A stretch of DNA of 64,000 nt from Bispira polyomma. Taxonomy: Eukaryota. Positions 61,421 to 64,000 of the stretch are shown here, piece after piece. Within the stretch, counting starts at the first letter, position 1, and each line of letters begins with the position of its first letter. Location of the stretch: the NCBI GenBank assembly GCA_965649765.1, contig OZ287758.1, positions 1,488,001 to 1,552,000 of the forward strand, written 5' to 3'. Both the position numbers and the translations under genes were made by a program. The notes under the pieces were generated by a model that worked only from the letters and a program-made list of their open reading frames with translations, was not told the origin of the DNA and searched no databases.

Positions 61421-63454
61421 GACTATGATTCTGGTTTATCTGTTGTGAATTGTAGTGAAGCCTTGACACTGTCTATCTTCAGTGAAATAGACTGCAATTC
61501 TTCTTTCGGAGCAGTGTGTATGTTGGCCATTGTGACCTGTTTGTCGGGTGAGCAAGGATACACTAGCTCAAACCCTTTTTTTAAATCCTAAGTGGTAGCT
61601 TGTGCTCCATCTTTGTTTATGTTCTGGGTTTTTGTTTTGTTTGTTGATGTGGACATTTTTGCTTCAATGATGATCCTTTAGCAAACTCGTGGATGGACAC
61701 CACTTCTGTTCTTTCTGGGTTATATGTGTTCCTATAACCCTCCAGTTTAAAACACTATTTCTGATTTTTTCTAAACAAATATTATAAATATTTATGAATC
61801 ACTTCACAGTATGCGCTTATCCAAAAAATGTAGATAAAACAATAATAATCCTTCAGAGTCGATTCATCATTAAATCACTCATTGATGAACAAATATTGTG
61901 TTTATGTAACTAGGCATAGCATAAACATTCACACAAACAATTCGCACTCTTGATGGTACCAATTTAATTTCTAAACACATATTGTGTTCCTCTAATATAT
62001 CTTCTGTTGTGTTGTTATTCTGTATTCACACTTGTAAACTTGTAATCTTCAGGGAATTATTCCTTCCTACAACAATTTTGAGAATACCCAAAAAATTCAC
62101 CATATTTACAATAGTGTCTTGACCTACCAAAGCAGCTAGACGGGCACAATTCACTTGTCAATGCTCAGCAGAACCAGTATACAACACACCGATTTAATAA
62201 CCCAGTGAATAGTTTCAATCCAAACCAAAGACCACACAAATGTACTGATTGAAAGTTAAATTAAAAAGATTTCCAACTAAGGCAGTGTATCTGCCATGTA
62301 GTCTACTTTCAACATCAACTCTTTTAAAAATTGGCACATACAAACCTTTGTAAACAATGTTGCAGCATTAAAAAAATGGGTTTTGCTATCCAGCTTAGTC
62401 TCTATACATACTTAAACACCATAATGATAATTTAATCTCTTAAATGGTACTAATCCAACATAGATCACTTATGAATATCTCCAAAACAAAACAGTGTCAC
62501 TCAATCTTGCAAAAAACATGCTCAAATCATGCTCACGCTGAAAAACTATGTTAAAATGCTATTAAAATAACTTTTTGGAAAGTTACGAAAATAAAAACAT
62601 AATCAATTATCTGTTTTAAAAAGATAATATAATTGAATGCCAAGAAAGTAAAATGTAAAAAGCTGACAAAGTTCTATCAGTTTAAGGGATTTCTGTATAT
62701 AAATATGCAAAGTTTAAGTGAAAACAGGTGATATAGAATGTCAATACATCTGGTAAAATATCTCCACCACTAGAAGCATATCATAATCTTTGGGATTGCA
62801 TTTTTTTCAGGATGTGGCTGCTACAATCCATGTGATCCTTGTCAAAAGAAAGAAACTGGTAAGTCAAACTGTGACTGAGGAAATTTTACAGAAAATTAAC
62901 AATTAAGCAGTTAAGCTGTAATTTGCAAGCTGAAACTCATCTAAAATAATGGGCTATGTCAAAATTGTATATATAATAATTGCATGTGGCTATTAATTTA
63001 AAGGAGCTAAAGTTAGTGCTGTATTCAGATATGCCATCCGGTTGTAGCTGAATTCAATCTTGCCTCAAATTGGCTGATTTATTGTTCAAAAGATCAAAAT
63101 AAAATATAAGCTATTTACAACTTTGGCTGTCATGAAGTCAAGTGAAATCTGACTATATATTTGAAGCGAGTGTTGAAAGTTCGTCTAAAATAAATGGTTA
63201 CATGTATTGGCTATTTCCATTTAGAGGAGTTCCACATAACTTTGATTTGAGTGAGAGCTGGAGTATGTTTGTCAAATGATATTTGTTTGACAAATAGAAA
63301 GAGTGAACCAAATTTAACAATTCAGTTGACTTGTTAGTTTACAGTATGTTCTGATTTATTATAGTGAACTGTGACTCCAAGTATATAGTATAGGAATGAA
63401 AAATACAAACAAGCGTTTAATGCCCATTTTAAAACGAATGATGGGGTGGGTGTA

Positions 63455-64000
63455 TTATATTGTATTGTACATTTTTAACACGCCTTTTGCTTGGCATCTT
63501 CTAAGGCGCAACATCAGAATCAATCAGCCAATATAAAAATGAAAAAAACATAGCCAGGTCGTAAGGATGGATGCGTCAGCGCCCACGGAGAAGACTAGGG
63601 TGAATAGGCTAGCCTGAAGAGAAGGTGTATTGAGGTTTCTCCTAATACCAGAAAGTGTTTCAATCAGTCTAAGTTCAACTGGAAGGCTCTTCCATAACAT
63701 AGGGGCAAAAACTGAGAAGGCTCTAGATCCAACCCTCTTGGTGGGTTTTTTAGAGGAAACAGAGAGTCTTTTTCCCCCTTTTAAGGCTGCTAAAGGAGAT
63801 TTACTAGCGAGGTAGTGAGGCTGTTGGGAGACAACAGCTTTAAAATGGTTATGTGCATTTTAAACAGGATTCAATAGTGAATAGGAAGCCAGTGAAGTTT
63901 CTTGAGGTATGGAGTGACATCAGTACGGATTCCCAAACGAAAGATGACTCTACATAGATAAGTTTGAATGGACTGCAACTTGCTTATGTGGGACTTATTG
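63455..64000 (-). mobile_element. L2 LINE 3' end, close relative of the 2131-4838 copy, running off the window
   Basis: TDVTPYLKKLHWLPI...RAFSVFAPMLWKSLPVELRLIETLSGIR...AYSP, followed by a 3' UTR homologous to 2140-2270. Confidence 0.88.

Overview
AT-rich, intron-containing eukaryotic DNA dense in transposable elements. The TE families present (L2/CR1-group LINEs, L1/Tx1 relics, tRNA-SINEs, Helentron-like satellite carriers, Harbinger, Ngaro) suggest a marine invertebrate; the taxon is an inference. Two main objects. (1) A pseudogenised multi-exon ROCO gene at 16369-29020 (+) that reconstructs as LRR - Roc - MFHAS1-like COR - fibronectin type III - Pro/Ser linker - death domain. It carries stops and frameshifts, an intronic L2 and an exonic solo LTR. 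(2) A complete, apparently very young Ngaro-type tyrosine-recombinase retrotransposon at 39706-46037 (+) with split direct repeats A1...B1-A2...B2, inserted without a TSD into a 57/58-bp satellite. Its sequence suggests a three-product expression scheme from one start codon: Gag; Gag-Pol, with the two ORFs in frame and separated by a single amber codon; and a spliced Gag-recombinase fusion (the YR ORF lacks an upstream ATG, and a phase-matched GT-AG intron 40828-44084 joins it to gag). It also has a G.U-rich structured RNA element between A2 and B2. The rest is LINE copies, SINEs, a Harbinger remnant inside a diverged ~580-bp inverted repeat, and several satellites. All translations and alignments were done by eye; no database searches were run.
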